This document shows positions 23,592-34,179 of a DNA stretch of 64,000 bases, in pieces. Both the position numbers and the translations under genes were made by a program. The stretch comes from an uncultured Acidimicrobiia bacterium. GTDB taxonomy: Bacteria > Actinomycetota > Acidimicrobiia > Acidimicrobiales > AC-14. Location of the stretch: NCBI GenBank assembly GCA_963836205.1, contig CAWIIV010000006.1:160001-224000 (forward strand), read 5' to 3'. Each line of letters begins with the position of its first letter. Positions within the stretch are counted from its first letter, which is position 1. A model generated the notes under the pieces. It saw nothing but the letters and a program-made list of their open reading frames with translations. It ran no database searches and had not been told where the DNA came from.

Positions 23592-24289
23592 TGCACCTCG
23601 AAGTCGACGACGTCCGCATCGCCTACGGGCGCACGGAGGTTGTCTACGGGGCATCGCTCGACGTCCCCGACGGGAGCTGCACGTGCCTCATGGGCCGCAA
23701 CGGGGTGGGCAAGACCACCCTGCTCAACGGGATCATGGGCATGCTCCCGCTCAAGGCGGGCACCATCACGCTCGACGGCCGCGACATCACCGGGATGGCC
23801 ACCCCCGCCCGGGCCCGGGCCGGCATCGGCTACGTCCCCCAGGGCCACCAGGTGTTCCCCCACCTCACCGCGAGGGAGAACCTGCGGGTGGTGCTCGAGC
23901 GCGACCGCAATGGCGACCCGAAGGCGATCGACGACGCCCTCGACGTGTTCCCCCGCCTGCGGGCCCTGCTCGACCGGCCCGCGGGCCTGCTGTCGGGCGG
24001 CCAGGCGCAACAGCTGGCCATCGCCCGGGCGCTGGTGTCCCGGCCCCGGCTGCTCGTGCTCGACGAACCCACCGAGGGCATCCAGCCGTCGATCATCCTC
24101 GAGATCGAGGACGCCATCGCCGAGCTGCACAAGGCGGGTGGCATGACGATCCTGCTGGTGGAGCAGTACGTGGAGTTCGCCCTCCGCCTGGCCGAGCACT
24201 ACGCGGTCATGGAGGGCGGCCTCATCACCCACCGGGGCGAGACGTCCTCCGTCGAGCTCTCCGCCTTCTCCGACCTGCTGGCGGTCTGA
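23591..24289 (+). CDS. urtE: Urea ABC ATP-binding protein
   Basis: GRNGVGKT, LSGGQAQQLAIAR and DEPTEGIQPSI motifs. Confidence 0.94.
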   Translation: MHLEVDDVRIAYGRTEVVYGASLDVPDGSCTCLMGRNGVGKTTLLNGIMGMLPLKAGTITLDGRDITGMATPARARAGIGYVPQGHQVFPHLTARENLRVVLERDRNGDPKAIDDALDVFPRLRALLDRPAGLLSGGQAQQLAIARALVSRPRLLVLDEPTEGIQPSIILEIEDAIAELHKAGGMTILLVEQYVEFALRLAEHYAVMEGGLITHRGETSSVELSAFSDLLAV

Positions 24290-24347
24290 CCGCCGCAACT
24301 GGTGACGGATCCGGGGGTCCTGGCCCCCAGAGACGTCACCGGTTCGT

Positions 24348-26181
24348 TCAGGGGACCCGCACGTTGACCCGGTGGTGGCCGGTGGCGCCGTCGGGGAAGG
24401 GCGAGCTCTTCTCGGCCGTCTGCACCTCGCCGTCGCCGGTGGTGGCCCGCACGGTGAGGACGTGCTCGCCGGCGGTGGCGTCCCAGGGCATCGACCACTG
24501 GCGCCAGGCGTCGTCGCCCAGGGCCGGACCCAGGGTCGCCTCCCGCCACGGCCCCTCGTCGACCCGCATCTCCACCCGACCGATGCCACGGTGGGGGACC
24601 CAGGCCACCCCCGCCGCCGTCGCCGGACCAACCGCCACGCGGCCGTAGTCGCGTGGAACGTCGATGCGGGACTGCACCTTGACCGGACCGTTCCGGGCCC
24701 AGTTGCGCTGCACCCAGTAGGCGTCGTATTCCTCGAAGGTGGTGAGCTCGATCTCGGTCAGCCACTTGGTGGCGGACACGTAGCCGTAGAGCCCGGGCAC
24801 CACCAGGCGGGCCGGGAACCCGTGGGGCGCCGGGAGGGGCTCGCCGTTCATGCCCACCGCCACCAGGGCGTCGCGGCCGTCGGTGGCGACGCCGACGGGG
24901 AAGCCGACGGTGAAGCGGTCGACCGAGCGCCCGACGAGCTGGTTGGCCCCCGGCTGGACCCCGGCCCGCTCGAGCAGGTCGGCCAGGCGCACGCCCAGCC
25001 ACTTGGCCGTCCCCACCAGTGAGCCGCCGACCTGGTTGGACACGCACGACAGGGTGATGTGGCGCTCCACCAGGGGCAGGGCGAGCAGCTCGTCGTACGT
25101 CAGCTCGAAGGGGCCGTCGACCATGCCCTTCACCCGGAGGCGCCAGGTGTCGACGTCGACCGACGGGGTGACGAGCGCCTCGTCGATCCGGTAGAAGCTG
25201 CGGTTGGGGGTGACGAGGGAGCTGAGGCCCTCCACTTCCTGGAATCCGGGGCCGGCGTTGCCGATGGTCGGCGGCGGGCCGGAGGCGGCGGGCAGGGTGA
25301 CCGACGCGCCCGGGTCGGACCGGCCGAACGTCCGGCGCAGGAAGGTGGCCCCGCCGAGCAGGACCGCGGCGCCACCCGCGGCCGTCGAGCCCGCCACCAG
25401 AAACCGCCGCCGGCTGACGACGAGGGCGCCGGGCCAGGCCGTGGGTCCGGCAACCTCGGCCTCGGGCTCGGCGGCTGGTGTGGCGGGCGGCGGGTCGACC
25501 GGTGTGGGCGGCGGGTCGGCGGTCGGGGTGGCGGCCGGCAGGTCGGCGGTGGCGGTGGCGGCCGGCGGCGGCGGTGGCGGCCGGCGGGTCGGCGGTGGCG
25601 GCCGGCGGGTCGGCGGTGGCGGCGGCGGGCTGCGGCGGGCCGGGCGGCGGCGGGTCGACCGGCGGGTCGGTGGCGGCCGGCGGATTGGCGAGGCGGCGGG
25701 CCGGCGAAGCGGTGGCGGCGACGAGGAGGCGGCGGAGGGTGACGGCCCCCACGACCGCGGCCACCGTCGCGCCCACGATGGTCGCGCCCACCGGGACGTG
25801 GTCGAGGGAGGCGGCACAGACCACCGCCAGCAGGCCGAAGGCGGCGAAGGCGACGTCGCCCGCCCGTGGCCTGCGATGGGCGGCGACGCCCACCCGGGTG
25901 CCGATGGCGACGGCGAGGACGACGATCACGGCCAGGAGCAGCGGCTTGTCGGCGGTGCCGACGGTCTCCGTCGCCCCCCGGCTGAGGAAGCCCGGCGTGT
26001 GGCGGATGACGGCCTGGCCGACCACCGCCACGAGGGACGGGACGGGGGCGGAGACGGCGTCGGCGAGGCTGGCCGTCGCCAGTGCCACCGCCCCCGCCAG
26101 GCCGCCCGCCACCGCCGCTCGGCGGGAGTCCACCGGCGTCGAGGAACCAGGCGGGCGCGTCTCGACCTTCATGCGAGCCAT
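24348..26181 (-). CDS. Membrane-anchored molybdopterin-dependent oxidoreductase (sulfite oxidase/MsrP-like), frameshifted in the repeat linker
   Basis: N-terminal GTADKP TM region; FYRID, TLSCVSN, HGFPARLVVPGLYGYVSATKW and PDGATG motifs. Confidence 0.88.
25520..25680. repeat. Imperfect 21-bp tandem repeats (GGCGGTGGCGGCCGGCGGGTC) encoding an AATADPP linker
   Basis: Repeated units are visible and coincide with the frame change. Confidence 0.7.
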
Positions 26182-26268
26182 GGTCCGGACGGCACCGTCA
26201 TCCGTTACAGGTTCTCACCGCCGAGCAGCGGACGGCCGGCGCCGGCCGCGGTGGTCTAACCTGGCCCG

Positions 26269-27036
26269 ATGCTTCAGGGTGCGAAGAGAAGCGTGGCGGG
26301 ATCCGTGGCCGGGCTGGCGGTGTCGATGATCGCCTTGGGGGTCCTCGCCCTCCCGGCCGGAGCCCAGACCGCCACCGGGGCGTCGAGCGTCGGCACGTCC
26401 GACTCGAACGGGGGAGGCGCGGGCGGAGCCACCGTGATCGCCAGTCCCACGGCCGTCTCCGGCAGCACCGGCAGCGCGTCGGCCGGCTCCACCGCCACCA
26501 ACACGGGCGACACCGGCGACGCCACCTCGATCGCCATCACCAACCCCTTCGCCGCCTCCGGCACCTCCGGCGCGGCCGGCGACAGCGGGGCCACCGCGTC
26601 CACCCCCACCGCCACCAACAGCGCCACCCTCGGCACCGCCGTGGCCGGGTCCACCGCCTCCGCACCCGTGGGCGGCAACCAGGCCACCAGCACCGCTTCG
26701 GGCACCGGATCCCCCGCCCCCGCCCCCGGCACCGGCGCCGTCACCGCTGCGGAGGCGGCCGCCGGCGGACTCAGCGCGGCCGACGCCGCCCTGGCCGAAG
26801 CCGCCGTCCTGGCCACGCCACCCGCCTTCGAGCCGCCGTCGGCACCCTCGGTCGACGTCGCCCCCGCACCCAGTGGCATCGACGAGACCCTGGCCGCCTT
26901 CAGCCGCAGCCTGGTCAACGACTACAGCGACGCCGGCGCCACCAACCTCCTGGTCCTCTTCCTCGGGTTCATGCTGGCCGGCAAGATCGCACGCGAGTTC
27001 TTCCGCCTGCACAACTACTGGGACCTGCTGCCCTAA
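26269..27036 (+). CDS. Secreted Ala/Ser/Thr/Gly-rich surface protein with C-terminal TM anchor
   Basis: Signal peptide (AGA-Q), low-complexity body, C-terminal hydrophobic helix. Confidence 0.65.
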   Translation: MLQGAKRSVAGSVAGLAVSMIALGVLALPAGAQTATGASSVGTSDSNGGGAGGATVIASPTAVSGSTGSASAGSTATNTGDTGDATSIAITNPFAASGTSGAAGDSGATASTPTATNSATLGTAVAGSTASAPVGGNQATSTASGTGSPAPAPGTGAVTAAEAAAGGLSAADAALAEAAVLATPPAFEPPSAPSVDVAPAPSGIDETLAAFSRSLVNDYSDAGATNLLVLFLGFMLAGKIAREFFRLHNYWDLLP

Positions 27037-27039
27037 GCG

Positions 27040-27879
27040 TCACCCGGTCGGCGGCAGCGGGACCAGCTCGACCGTCGATACCTCGGGCAGCAGGTTGAGG
27101 GTGGCGCACGGGCGCTCGGCCGAGAAGCCGGTGCCGTCGGCACCGATCCGCACCACCACGCTCCACCTGGCCAGCCCGGCTCGCGCCAGCTCCTCCCGGA
27201 CGATGGCCTCCGCCGGCCCGGCACCGATGCACCCCTCGCTCAGCCGACGGGCGACGGCGTCCCGGAAGGCGAGGAACCGGGCCGGATCGACCACGGAATC
27301 GTTGGGTACGGGATGCGGCCGGGCGCTCGAGCCGGGTCCCGACGCCGCCGGCGAGGTTACGGCGGCCAGCCCCAGATCGAGGCAAACGTCGCGGCCCGCC
27401 GGCTGGGGGAACACGCCGACGACGCCCGACGCCAGGACGCAGTCCCTGAGCGCCGGCCGGGGCTGAGCCCCGAAGTACCCCTCGTCCCACACCCTCGAGC
27501 ACGCCGCCGACGGCCCCTCGTCCTCGACGGCCACGACTGCGGTGGTCGACCGGAGATCGGCCGCCGCGAAGCAGGCTGCGGTCTGGGGCTTGGAGACCTG
27601 GGTCGCGACCAGGGCGTAGCCGGCGACCGCCACCGACAGGCTGACGAGCACACCCAGCGCGGCCACGCGGGGGCCGCGCCGGCGGCGGAGGCGGCCCGCC
27701 ACCGGCCACGGCGCCCGACCCCGCCGAGTGCGCACGGCGACCCCCGGCTCGAAGGCCACGATGCGCTGGAACAGCGCCTGCGCCGGTTGGGCCAGCACGA
27801 GGTCGTCGTACTGGCCCGCTCGCACAGGGTTCAGCATCCGTAGCCGCTCCAATGGGTCACGGTCACGCTCAGTACTCAT
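27040..27879 (-). CDS. Putative anti-sigma factor with a Cys-rich extracellular domain
   Basis: Overlaps the ECF stop; DPLERLR..NPV N-terminus; one TM helix; six Cys. Confidence 0.6.
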   Translation of the reverse strand: MSTERDRDPLERLRMLNPVRAGQYDDLVLAQPAQALFQRIVAFEPGVAVRTRRGRAPWPVAGRLRRRRGPRVAALGVLVSLSVAVAGYALVATQVSKPQTAACFAAADLRSTTAVVAVEDEGPSAACSRVWDEGYFGAQPRPALRDCVLASGVVGVFPQPAGRDVCLDLGLAAVTSPAASGPGSSARPHPVPNDSVVDPARFLAFRDAVARRLSEGCIGAGPAEAIVREELARAGLARWSVVVRIGADGTGFSAERPCATLNLLPEVSTVELVPLPPTG

Positions 27880-28439
27880 GGCGGCGCCTTTCCGTGATGT
27901 TCAGGGGGCTCCGATTGGGTCTCGTGTCCGGCTCGGGGACGACCTTTCTCGATTTCCTTCCCCAGGCGGTTCCGGGCTCTGTGCATGCGGACCGCCACTG
28001 CCGCCTCCGAGCAGCCCACCACCAGGCCGATCTCCCGGTGCGACAACTCCTCCCAGACTGCGAGGCGGAGGATCTCCTGGTCGCCCGGGCGCAACCTCAG
28101 GAGGGCCGACAGCACCGTTCGCCGCTCGTCGTCGAAGAGAACGCCGGCGTCGACATCGCTGCTTGGCAGCCACTCCCGGGCCAGCCGGGAGGACAGTTCG
28201 ACCCGCCGCAGGTTGCCCCGACGCTGGTTGGCGATGACCCGGCGGGCGACCCCGTAGAGCCAGGGCAGGGTGTCGGCGCCGGCGGGTACGTCGGCCAGCC
28301 GCCGCCAGGCCACCAGGAACGTCTCCGACACCGCGTCCTGGGCCAGGTCGCCGTCCGGAAGGCGGCGACGGGCATAGGCGGAGACGGCCCCGTAGTACGA
28401 CTCGTAGATCTGGCGGAACCGGAGCGTCCCGTCGTCCAT
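27876..28439 (-). CDS. ECF RNA polymerase sigma factor
   Basis: DAVSETFLVAWRR, PWLYGVARRV and REIGLVVGCS...RMHRAR motifs. Confidence 0.93.
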   Translation of the reverse strand: MDDGTLRFRQIYESYYGAVSAYARRRLPDGDLAQDAVSETFLVAWRRLADVPAGADTLPWLYGVARRVIANQRRGNLRRVELSSRLAREWLPSSDVDAGVLFDDERRTVLSALLRLRPGDQEILRLAVWEELSHREIGLVVGCSEAAVAVRMHRARNRLGKEIEKGRPRAGHETQSEPPEHHGKAPP

Positions 28440-28467
28440 GGATCAGCTTTCTAGACGGCAGACGCGG

Positions 28468-28497
28468 AAGCGGCCGGCTTGGTAGCCGGCCGCTTCA
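28468..28497. terminator. Intergenic hairpin
   Basis: GAAGCGGCCGGCT-tggt-AGCCGGCCGCTTC. Confidence 0.55.
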
Positions 28498-28546
28498 CGT
28501 TTCCCGCAAGGACGCGGCTGCTGGGGAAGCCGCGTCCGCAGGGGAC

Positions 28547-29155
28547 CTAGGCCATGTAGATGGAAGACACCCTGTTGTCCCACCCGGCGGCCGGCCACGC
28601 GACGGCCGTCCAGGGCGGGAGGGGACCGGGGGGATACAGGGCCCCCCCGCCACCGGTGTGCTCGGCCAAGTAGGAGTAGCAGGCGCCGACCTGGAACGAC
28701 GTCATCTGGTCGTTGAAGCCGTAGTCGGTCAGGTTCTGCCAGAACAGGCGATCGAAGAAGAGCAGTTGCCGGCCCCCGTAGGTGTTGTGCTCGAAAAGCC
28801 GCAACGGCGAGGAGCACGTGTACGGGTACGCCGCCGCCTGGGGAGGGATCTTCGCCACCCGGGCCTCGGCGTCGGCCAGGGAGCGGAAGCACTCGACCAG
28901 TTTCGCCTGGAGCATGACGATGCACGCCCGGGCCTGCTGCCAGGTGGAGGAGAGGTCGATCCGCCGACCCTCGAAGTCGGCCGTCACCGGCTGGCCGTTG
29001 GAGTGGGCGGCGCGGGCGGCGGCGGGGTCGTGCTCTGCTGGCCGGGCGCCGCCCCGCGCCGTCTGGGCAGAGGCGGGTCCGACGGACGCGACCCACCCGG
29101 CGGTGGCGATCGCGAGCGCCACCCAGCCGACCCATTCCTTGCGCAGCAACCGCAT
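28547..29155 (-). CDS. Secreted protein with a peptidase inhibitor I36/beta-gamma-crystallin-like domain
   Basis: Signal peptide; LFEHNTYGGR...NLTDYGFNDQMTSF and WDNRVSSI Greek-key-type motifs. Confidence 0.7.
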   Translation of the reverse strand: MRLLRKEWVGWVALAIATAGWVASVGPASAQTARGGARPAEHDPAAARAAHSNGQPVTADFEGRRIDLSSTWQQARACIVMLQAKLVECFRSLADAEARVAKIPPQAAAYPYTCSSPLRLFEHNTYGGRQLLFFDRLFWQNLTDYGFNDQMTSFQVGACYSYLAEHTGGGGALYPPGPLPPWTAVAWPAAGWDNRVSSIYMA

Positions 29156-29396
29156 TCCCCCCCTGCTTCCTGACGAACCCGCCCATCACGATGGGCGCGG
29201 ACGTCATGGGAACCAATGTCCGGGTCGGGTGCGAACCTTTCACCGTTTTTTGAGCCGGTTCGGCCCGGGTCGGGCGGCGGCGGGATGCCTGGTCGGCGGG
29301 GGCGGCCGGGGGGTGCTCAGGCTGTCGTCGTGCGCGTCGTCGCCGGCACCGCCGCCGATCGACGGTCGGGTCCCGCCAGAGAGCCTCTGGGCGGGG

Positions 29397-30483
29397 TTAG
29401 AACTTCCCGCCGTTGACCAGGCTGTCGCCCGACGGCAGGGGCTCCATGGCGTCCCAGTGCTCGACGATCAGCCCGTCCTCCAGGCGGAAGATGTCCATGG
29501 CGGCCATGTCGTTCCCGGCCCACACCAGGTGCGACAACGTCGCCACGAAGTTGCCCTGGCCGACGATCCGGTGGACGGCTTCGTAGTACATCGGCGGACC
29601 CGTCGGCACCGCCGCTTTCGAGCAGGTGCCGGAGGGCGTCCAGGCCGTCGGGTGCGCCCGAGTTGTGCTGGAGGTACTGCTCGGCCGAGATGAAATCGCC
29701 CACGTCGGCGGTCGGCGACTTGGACAGTCCTTCGGTCAGCAGCCGGCGGACGACGTCCTTGTTCTTCTCGGTCAGCTCCAGGTCGTCGATCTCGGTGGCC
29801 CCGTCGACCTGGGTCCGTCCCGACGGGTTGGGTTCACGCGTCGCGGTGATGACGTCCCAGTGCTCGACGATCTTGTCGTTCCCGTCGACCAGGAAGATGT
29901 CGGCGGTCACCCAGCGAGCGGCTCCGCCGTCGAGGACCTGATTGGCGTGCACGAAGACGTACCGGCCGTCGGTGAGGGTCCGGACGAGCTCGATCTCGCG
30001 TTGGGGGTGCGCCTCGAGGAAGGGCTCGAAGAACTCGAGGAAGCCATCGCGTCCGTCGCGAACACCCGTGCTGTGCTGGGTGTAGTGGTCGCCGAGGTGG
30101 GCGTCGAGTGCTTCGTGGATGTTCCCGCCGCCGATCCCGTCGAGGTAGAGGGCGTGGACGTGGGCCGCGGGGCGAGGCGTGATCAGCGGGACCTCCACCT
30201 GCTGGTCCATCGACATCATGGACGGGTCGACGGCGTCGAGGTACGCAGCCGTCGCCGGCGACGACATGAACGCCTCCATCGACGCGTTGGCCTCGGCGGC
30301 CGAGTCCCACCGGAGCATGATGGTCCAGAGGCCCTCCGCATCGACTTTGATCCTCCGCGAGAGCTCGTCGTACCCGGGGCGCGTCATGAGGAAGTCGCGC
30401 ACCATCACGTCGTTCGCCGCCACGAACTCCTTGGCGGTGACGCCGTCGCGCAGGTGAAGCTTGATCGTCTCGATCACGGCCAT
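29397..30483 (-). CDS. ABM-like plus tandem SnoaL/NTF2-like domain protein, frameshift near 29600
   Basis: Two YxQH..xDG...D(I)F..D..IVEHWD repeats; the last 70 aa are in another frame. Confidence 0.75.
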
Positions 30484-30732
30484 GTCTCGCTCCTATCGGC
30501 TTTGTCGGAAGAGAAGCCCCAGCCGCTGCTGACCTTCCACGGTCTCGTCGACCGGCCGCGACACGGTGCGGACGCGTCGCACCAGTCCTCGTAGCCCTCG
30601 AGCCCGCTCCTACTGTCGCCCACGGTACACGTGCCCACGAAGCGATCGGGACCGATGTCCGTTCGCCGAGACGTGTCGCAAATCTGTCGCGTCGATGACG
30701 CGAAAGGCGTCGCGAGCCGGGACCCTCGACCC

Positions 30733-31422
30733 TCAGGTCGCCTCGAAGACCTTCCGTTCCAGGCAGCGGGCGTCGTCGATCTCGATCACCTGCTCGGCCT
30801 CGACCCGCACCATCCAGCCTGAGGTCGGGTCGTAGGCGTAGCGGATGGTGTTGCGGATGGTGAAACCGCTGACCTCGTCGGCCATCGCCCTGCTCTCGTC
30901 CTCTCCCACCAGGTCGACCAGGGACTCGATGAGGATCTCGGCCGTGGCGTCGGGCTCCGGCGTGACCGTCATCTCGACCACGGCACAGCCGTCGCCGTCC
31001 CGGGGCGTGAGGAGGGCCACCGAAGATGTCGCGGGGAACGGCCGCCCCCCGAACGGGTTGGGCAGCTCGTCGGGGGCGGTGATCCTCTCGTCGGGATCGA
31101 GCACGAGCCCATAGGCGGCGTGCATGACGGCGACGTCCTCCACCACGGTCGTCTGGAGGAACGAGTCCGAGAGCAGGAGGTCGCGCATGGCCGCCGTCGA
31201 CTCGGCCAGTTCGGGTGAGCTGCCCCGCAACCCTTCGAGCTTGTCGACGATCCGCTCGGCTTGGCCGCGAAGGGCGTCCAGGTTCTCCACGTGACCGTAG
31301 GCCCCCGACTCGTCGGTGGAGTACTCGATCGACCGCGCTGCCTGAGTTCGCCTGGCAAGCTTGGTCTGCGCCTTCGGCAGCTGCGGCATCGCATTCGACC
31401 CATCCGTCACCTCGGTAGGCAT
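30733..31422 (-). CDS. Hypothetical protein, possibly 5'-truncated
   Basis: Protein-like composition; no family recognised. Confidence 0.5.
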   Translation of the reverse strand: MPTEVTDGSNAMPQLPKAQTKLARRTQAARSIEYSTDESGAYGHVENLDALRGQAERIVDKLEGLRGSSPELAESTAAMRDLLLSDSFLQTTVVEDVAVMHAAYGLVLDPDERITAPDELPNPFGGRPFPATSSVALLTPRDGDGCAVVEMTVTPEPDATAEILIESLVDLVGEDESRAMADEVSGFTIRNTIRYAYDPTSGWMVRVEAEQVIEIDDARCLERKVFEAT

Positions 31423-31424
31423 CT

Positions 31425-31610
31425 GTGACCCTCCTATACCCCTTGATGGCCGTGGCAATCGCCCTGCAGGCGCGGCCAGGGGCATATGCAGCGCTCATCG
31501 GCTCTGGCGTGTCGTCGGGAGCTGGCGTCCCCACCGGCTGGGGGATCGTGAGGACCTCATTCGACGCGTGGCTACGATCCAAGGCGCCGATGGCGGGAGA
31601 TCTGCGGTAG
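31425..31610 (+). pseudogene. N-terminal fragment of a SIR2-like (SIR2_2) protein
   Basis: ALQARPGAYAALIGSGVSSGAGVPTGWGIV matches the SIR2 GxGxS..AGIPTGW start; stops after about 60 codons. Confidence 0.7.
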
Positions 31611-31618
31611 TGGACACG

Positions 31619-31706
31619 AAAAAAAGCCCCGGTCATCCCAGAAGGGAAGCCGGGGCCCCAAAACAGATACGAATGTTTTCTACTCCGTCGCAGGGAGGGG
31701 TGTCAA
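31619..31706 (-). ncRNA. Candidate ~55-nt small-RNA unit (promoter plus intrinsic terminator), divergent from NYN
   Basis: TTGACA-18-TAGAAA, short leader CATTCGTATCTGTTTT, hairpin GCCCCGG..TCCC/GGGA..CCGGGGC followed by T7. Confidence 0.45.
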
Positions 31707-32260
31707 CCCGCTCTCAGCGCTAACCGTCTCCGTCCCTGCGATCATAGCGTTCGGCTAGTCCAACGGAAACCTTGAAGGTTTTCTTCCGCCCCGACTCCGG
31801 AGCGACCGCCGCCCGTGTCCGTCGCCTGGATCCGCGACCGACCATCATCAAGGTAGGGGGTAGCGTCGTGGCTCCATCGGTTCCTCGAGTACTTCGAAGT
31901 TCATGCCTGATCCCGCAGTGGCCGCACTCGCCACCGACTCGAACGCCCGAGTCCTGGTGTTCGTCGATGGTCAGAACCTCTACAAGACGAGCCAGGAGTT
32001 ATACGGGCACCCGCTGTGCCATCCGCACCTGCTGGCGCAAGAACTGGCCGGGGGAAGGTCGAACGTGCAGTGTCGGTTCTACACCGGCCGCCCCGACCCC
32101 AACGAAGATCCCGCCAGAGCCCGCAGCCTTGATCGCCGTCTCAGTGCGATGAGGTCCGTCGGCGTTACGGTGGTCACTAGGCCGCTCCGATACCACTGGG
32201 ACTGGAGCTACAGAGGACAAGGAGTACCCCGGGCATCGGCACGCGCATCGCCAAAGCAGG

Positions 32261-33690
32261 GGTCACGTCCACGGACGTGGTGTATGACCACCACCACGTC
32301 AACCTCGGGGACTTGTTTACCCCACCTTGGCCAGGTCGGTGTCGTTGGTCGTGTCATCGAGCCCTCCGTCGATGACGATCATTCGGGCCTTGGCCAGCAG
32401 CTCGGGGGACATGTAGCGCCGGGCGACGGCCCACTCGTCGTTCTGCTCGGCCAGCACTGCCCCCACGAGGCGGATCACGGCGGCCCGGTTGGGGAAGATG
32501 CCGACCACGTCGGTGCGCCGGCGCAGCTCCTTGTTGAGCCGCTCCTGGGGGTTGTTGGACCAGATCTGGCGCCAGTGCTCCTTGGGGAAGGTGGTGAAGG
32601 CCAACAGGTCCGCCCGGGCGTCGATGAGCATCCCGGCGGCCTCGGGGTACTTGGCCACCAGCTGTTCCACCACCCGGGCGTGCTGAGCGACGACCTGGGT
32701 GGCATCGGGCTGCTCGAAGATGGTGCGCACCCCCGTGGCCACCATGGTCTGGGCCGAGCGGGGCACCTTGGAGAGCAGGTTGCGCACGAAGTGGGTCCGG
32801 CAGCGCTGCCAGGTGGCGCCCGGCAGCACCCCCGCGATGGCGGCCTTGAGGCCCTCGTGGGCGTCGGAGACGACGAGGCACACCCCCGACAGGCCCCGGG
32901 CCACCAGTCCCCGCAGGAACGTCGTCCAGCCTGCTCCCGTCTCGGTGGTGAACACGTCCATGCCCAGGATCTCCCGGTGCCCGTCGGCGTTGACGCCGCA
33001 GGCCACGGCGCAGGCGATGTTGACGATGCGGCCCTCCTCCCGCACCTTCTGGGTCAGCGCGTCGATGGCCACGTAGGCGTAGGGCCCGGCGTCGAGGGGC
33101 CGGGAGCGGAAGGCGTCGACGGCGGCGTCGAGGCTGCGGGCCATCTCCGAGACCTGGGACTTGGAGATCCCGTCGATGCCCATGGACTGCACCAGGGCGT
33201 CCACCCGCCGGGTCGACACGCCGGCCACGTAGGCCTCGGCCACCACCGCCACCAGGGCCTCTCCGCCCGCCGGCGGGGCTCGAGCAGCCAGTCGGGGAAG
33301 TAGCTGCCCGAGCGCAGCTTGGGCACGGCCAACTCGATGGTGCCGGCCCGGGTGTCGAAGCCACGGCCGCGGTAGCCGTTGCGGGAGTTCACCCGCTCCG
33401 GGCTGCGCTCGCCCCAGGCCGCGCCGCAGGCGTTGTCGGCCTCGGCCGACATGAGCTGCTCGGCGAAGACCTTGACCATGTCGCGGATGACGTCGTTGCC
33501 GCCCTCGCCGTCGATGTGCTTGCGCAGCCAGGCGAGTGCGCTAAAGGTGTCAGGGACCACCGTGTTCCTCCTCAGTTGGTTGCTTGGTCTCTTCCTTCTG
33601 AGGTTGACGCGGTGGTCGTCGCGTCGGGGGGATGGTCAGGCCGTCAGGCCCTCAGCGCCGACTCGTACACCACGTCTGTGGACGCAACTC
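32261..33690 (-). mobile_element. IS256-family insertion sequence
   Basis: Terminal IRs GGTCACGTCCACGGACGTGGTGTA and (G)AGTTGCGTCCACAGACGTGGTGTA; 8-9 bp target duplication (C)AAAGCAGG at 32253-32260 and 33691-33698. Confidence 0.95.
32317..33560 (-). CDS. IS256 transposase, frameshift near 33255
   Basis: RNGYR, VPKLRSGSYFP, GVSTR, SDAHEGL, WQRCRTHF and SNNPQERLNKE motifs. Confidence 0.95.
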
Positions 33691-34082
33691 AAAGCAGGTG
33701 ACGCTTACCCCTTGGCAACGCCCTCACGAGAAGGGCATCGATCTGGTACTCGGGCTCGATGTTGTCGAGTTCGTTCTGACTGGCGTATGCAACGTGGCCA
33801 TCATCGTGAGCCTCGATCGCGATCTCTTCGAGATTCCGCTGGCACTTCAGAACCTCGGGAACCTGGTCCCCAAACCCGTTCGCCTTGAAGCGGCCGTCCC
33901 GGTTCCCGAGGGCCAGAAATGGCCCAAGGTGCTACCCCGGTTCTCCTACACGCACCAGATCACGCGATCGATGTTCGAGAAGGTCAGGGACGACACGAGC
34001 TACACCGTCCCGGAGCACCTCTGGACTCCCCCGACCTTGCCGCTACACCTGCCGTAGATCGCCCGGCAGCGACGGGCCTAAG

Positions 34083-34118
34083 AAAAAATCGGGAGGCCCG
34101 CCATGCGAGCCTCCCGAT
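34083..34118 (-). terminator. Intrinsic terminator (minus-strand polarity)
   Basis: ATCGGGAGGC...GCCTCCCGAT stem followed by a T-tract on the minus strand. Confidence 0.8.
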
Positions 34119-34179
34119 CGTACACAGGCGTTCGGGGCCGATTCTTCGTCTCCGAGCGACCGTCGCTTCTTAGCAAGGT
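34083..34179 (-). ncRNA. Candidate ~97-nt small RNA whose 5' end is antisense to the neighbouring tRNA-like anticodon arm
   Basis: TAGACT -10-like box (34192-34187), TTGACA at 34208-34203, 5' ACCTTGCTAAGAAGC, ends in an intrinsic terminator. Confidence 0.55.

Larger units (their letters stand above)
31903..34057 (+). pseudogene. NYN (LabA/DUF88, PIN-like) ribonuclease interrupted by IS256; 238 aa when rejoined
   Basis: VFVDGQNL and RFYTG in the 5' half; EKGIDL and IVSLDRDL in the 3' half; halves join in frame at SPKQ|VTLT. Confidence 0.9.
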
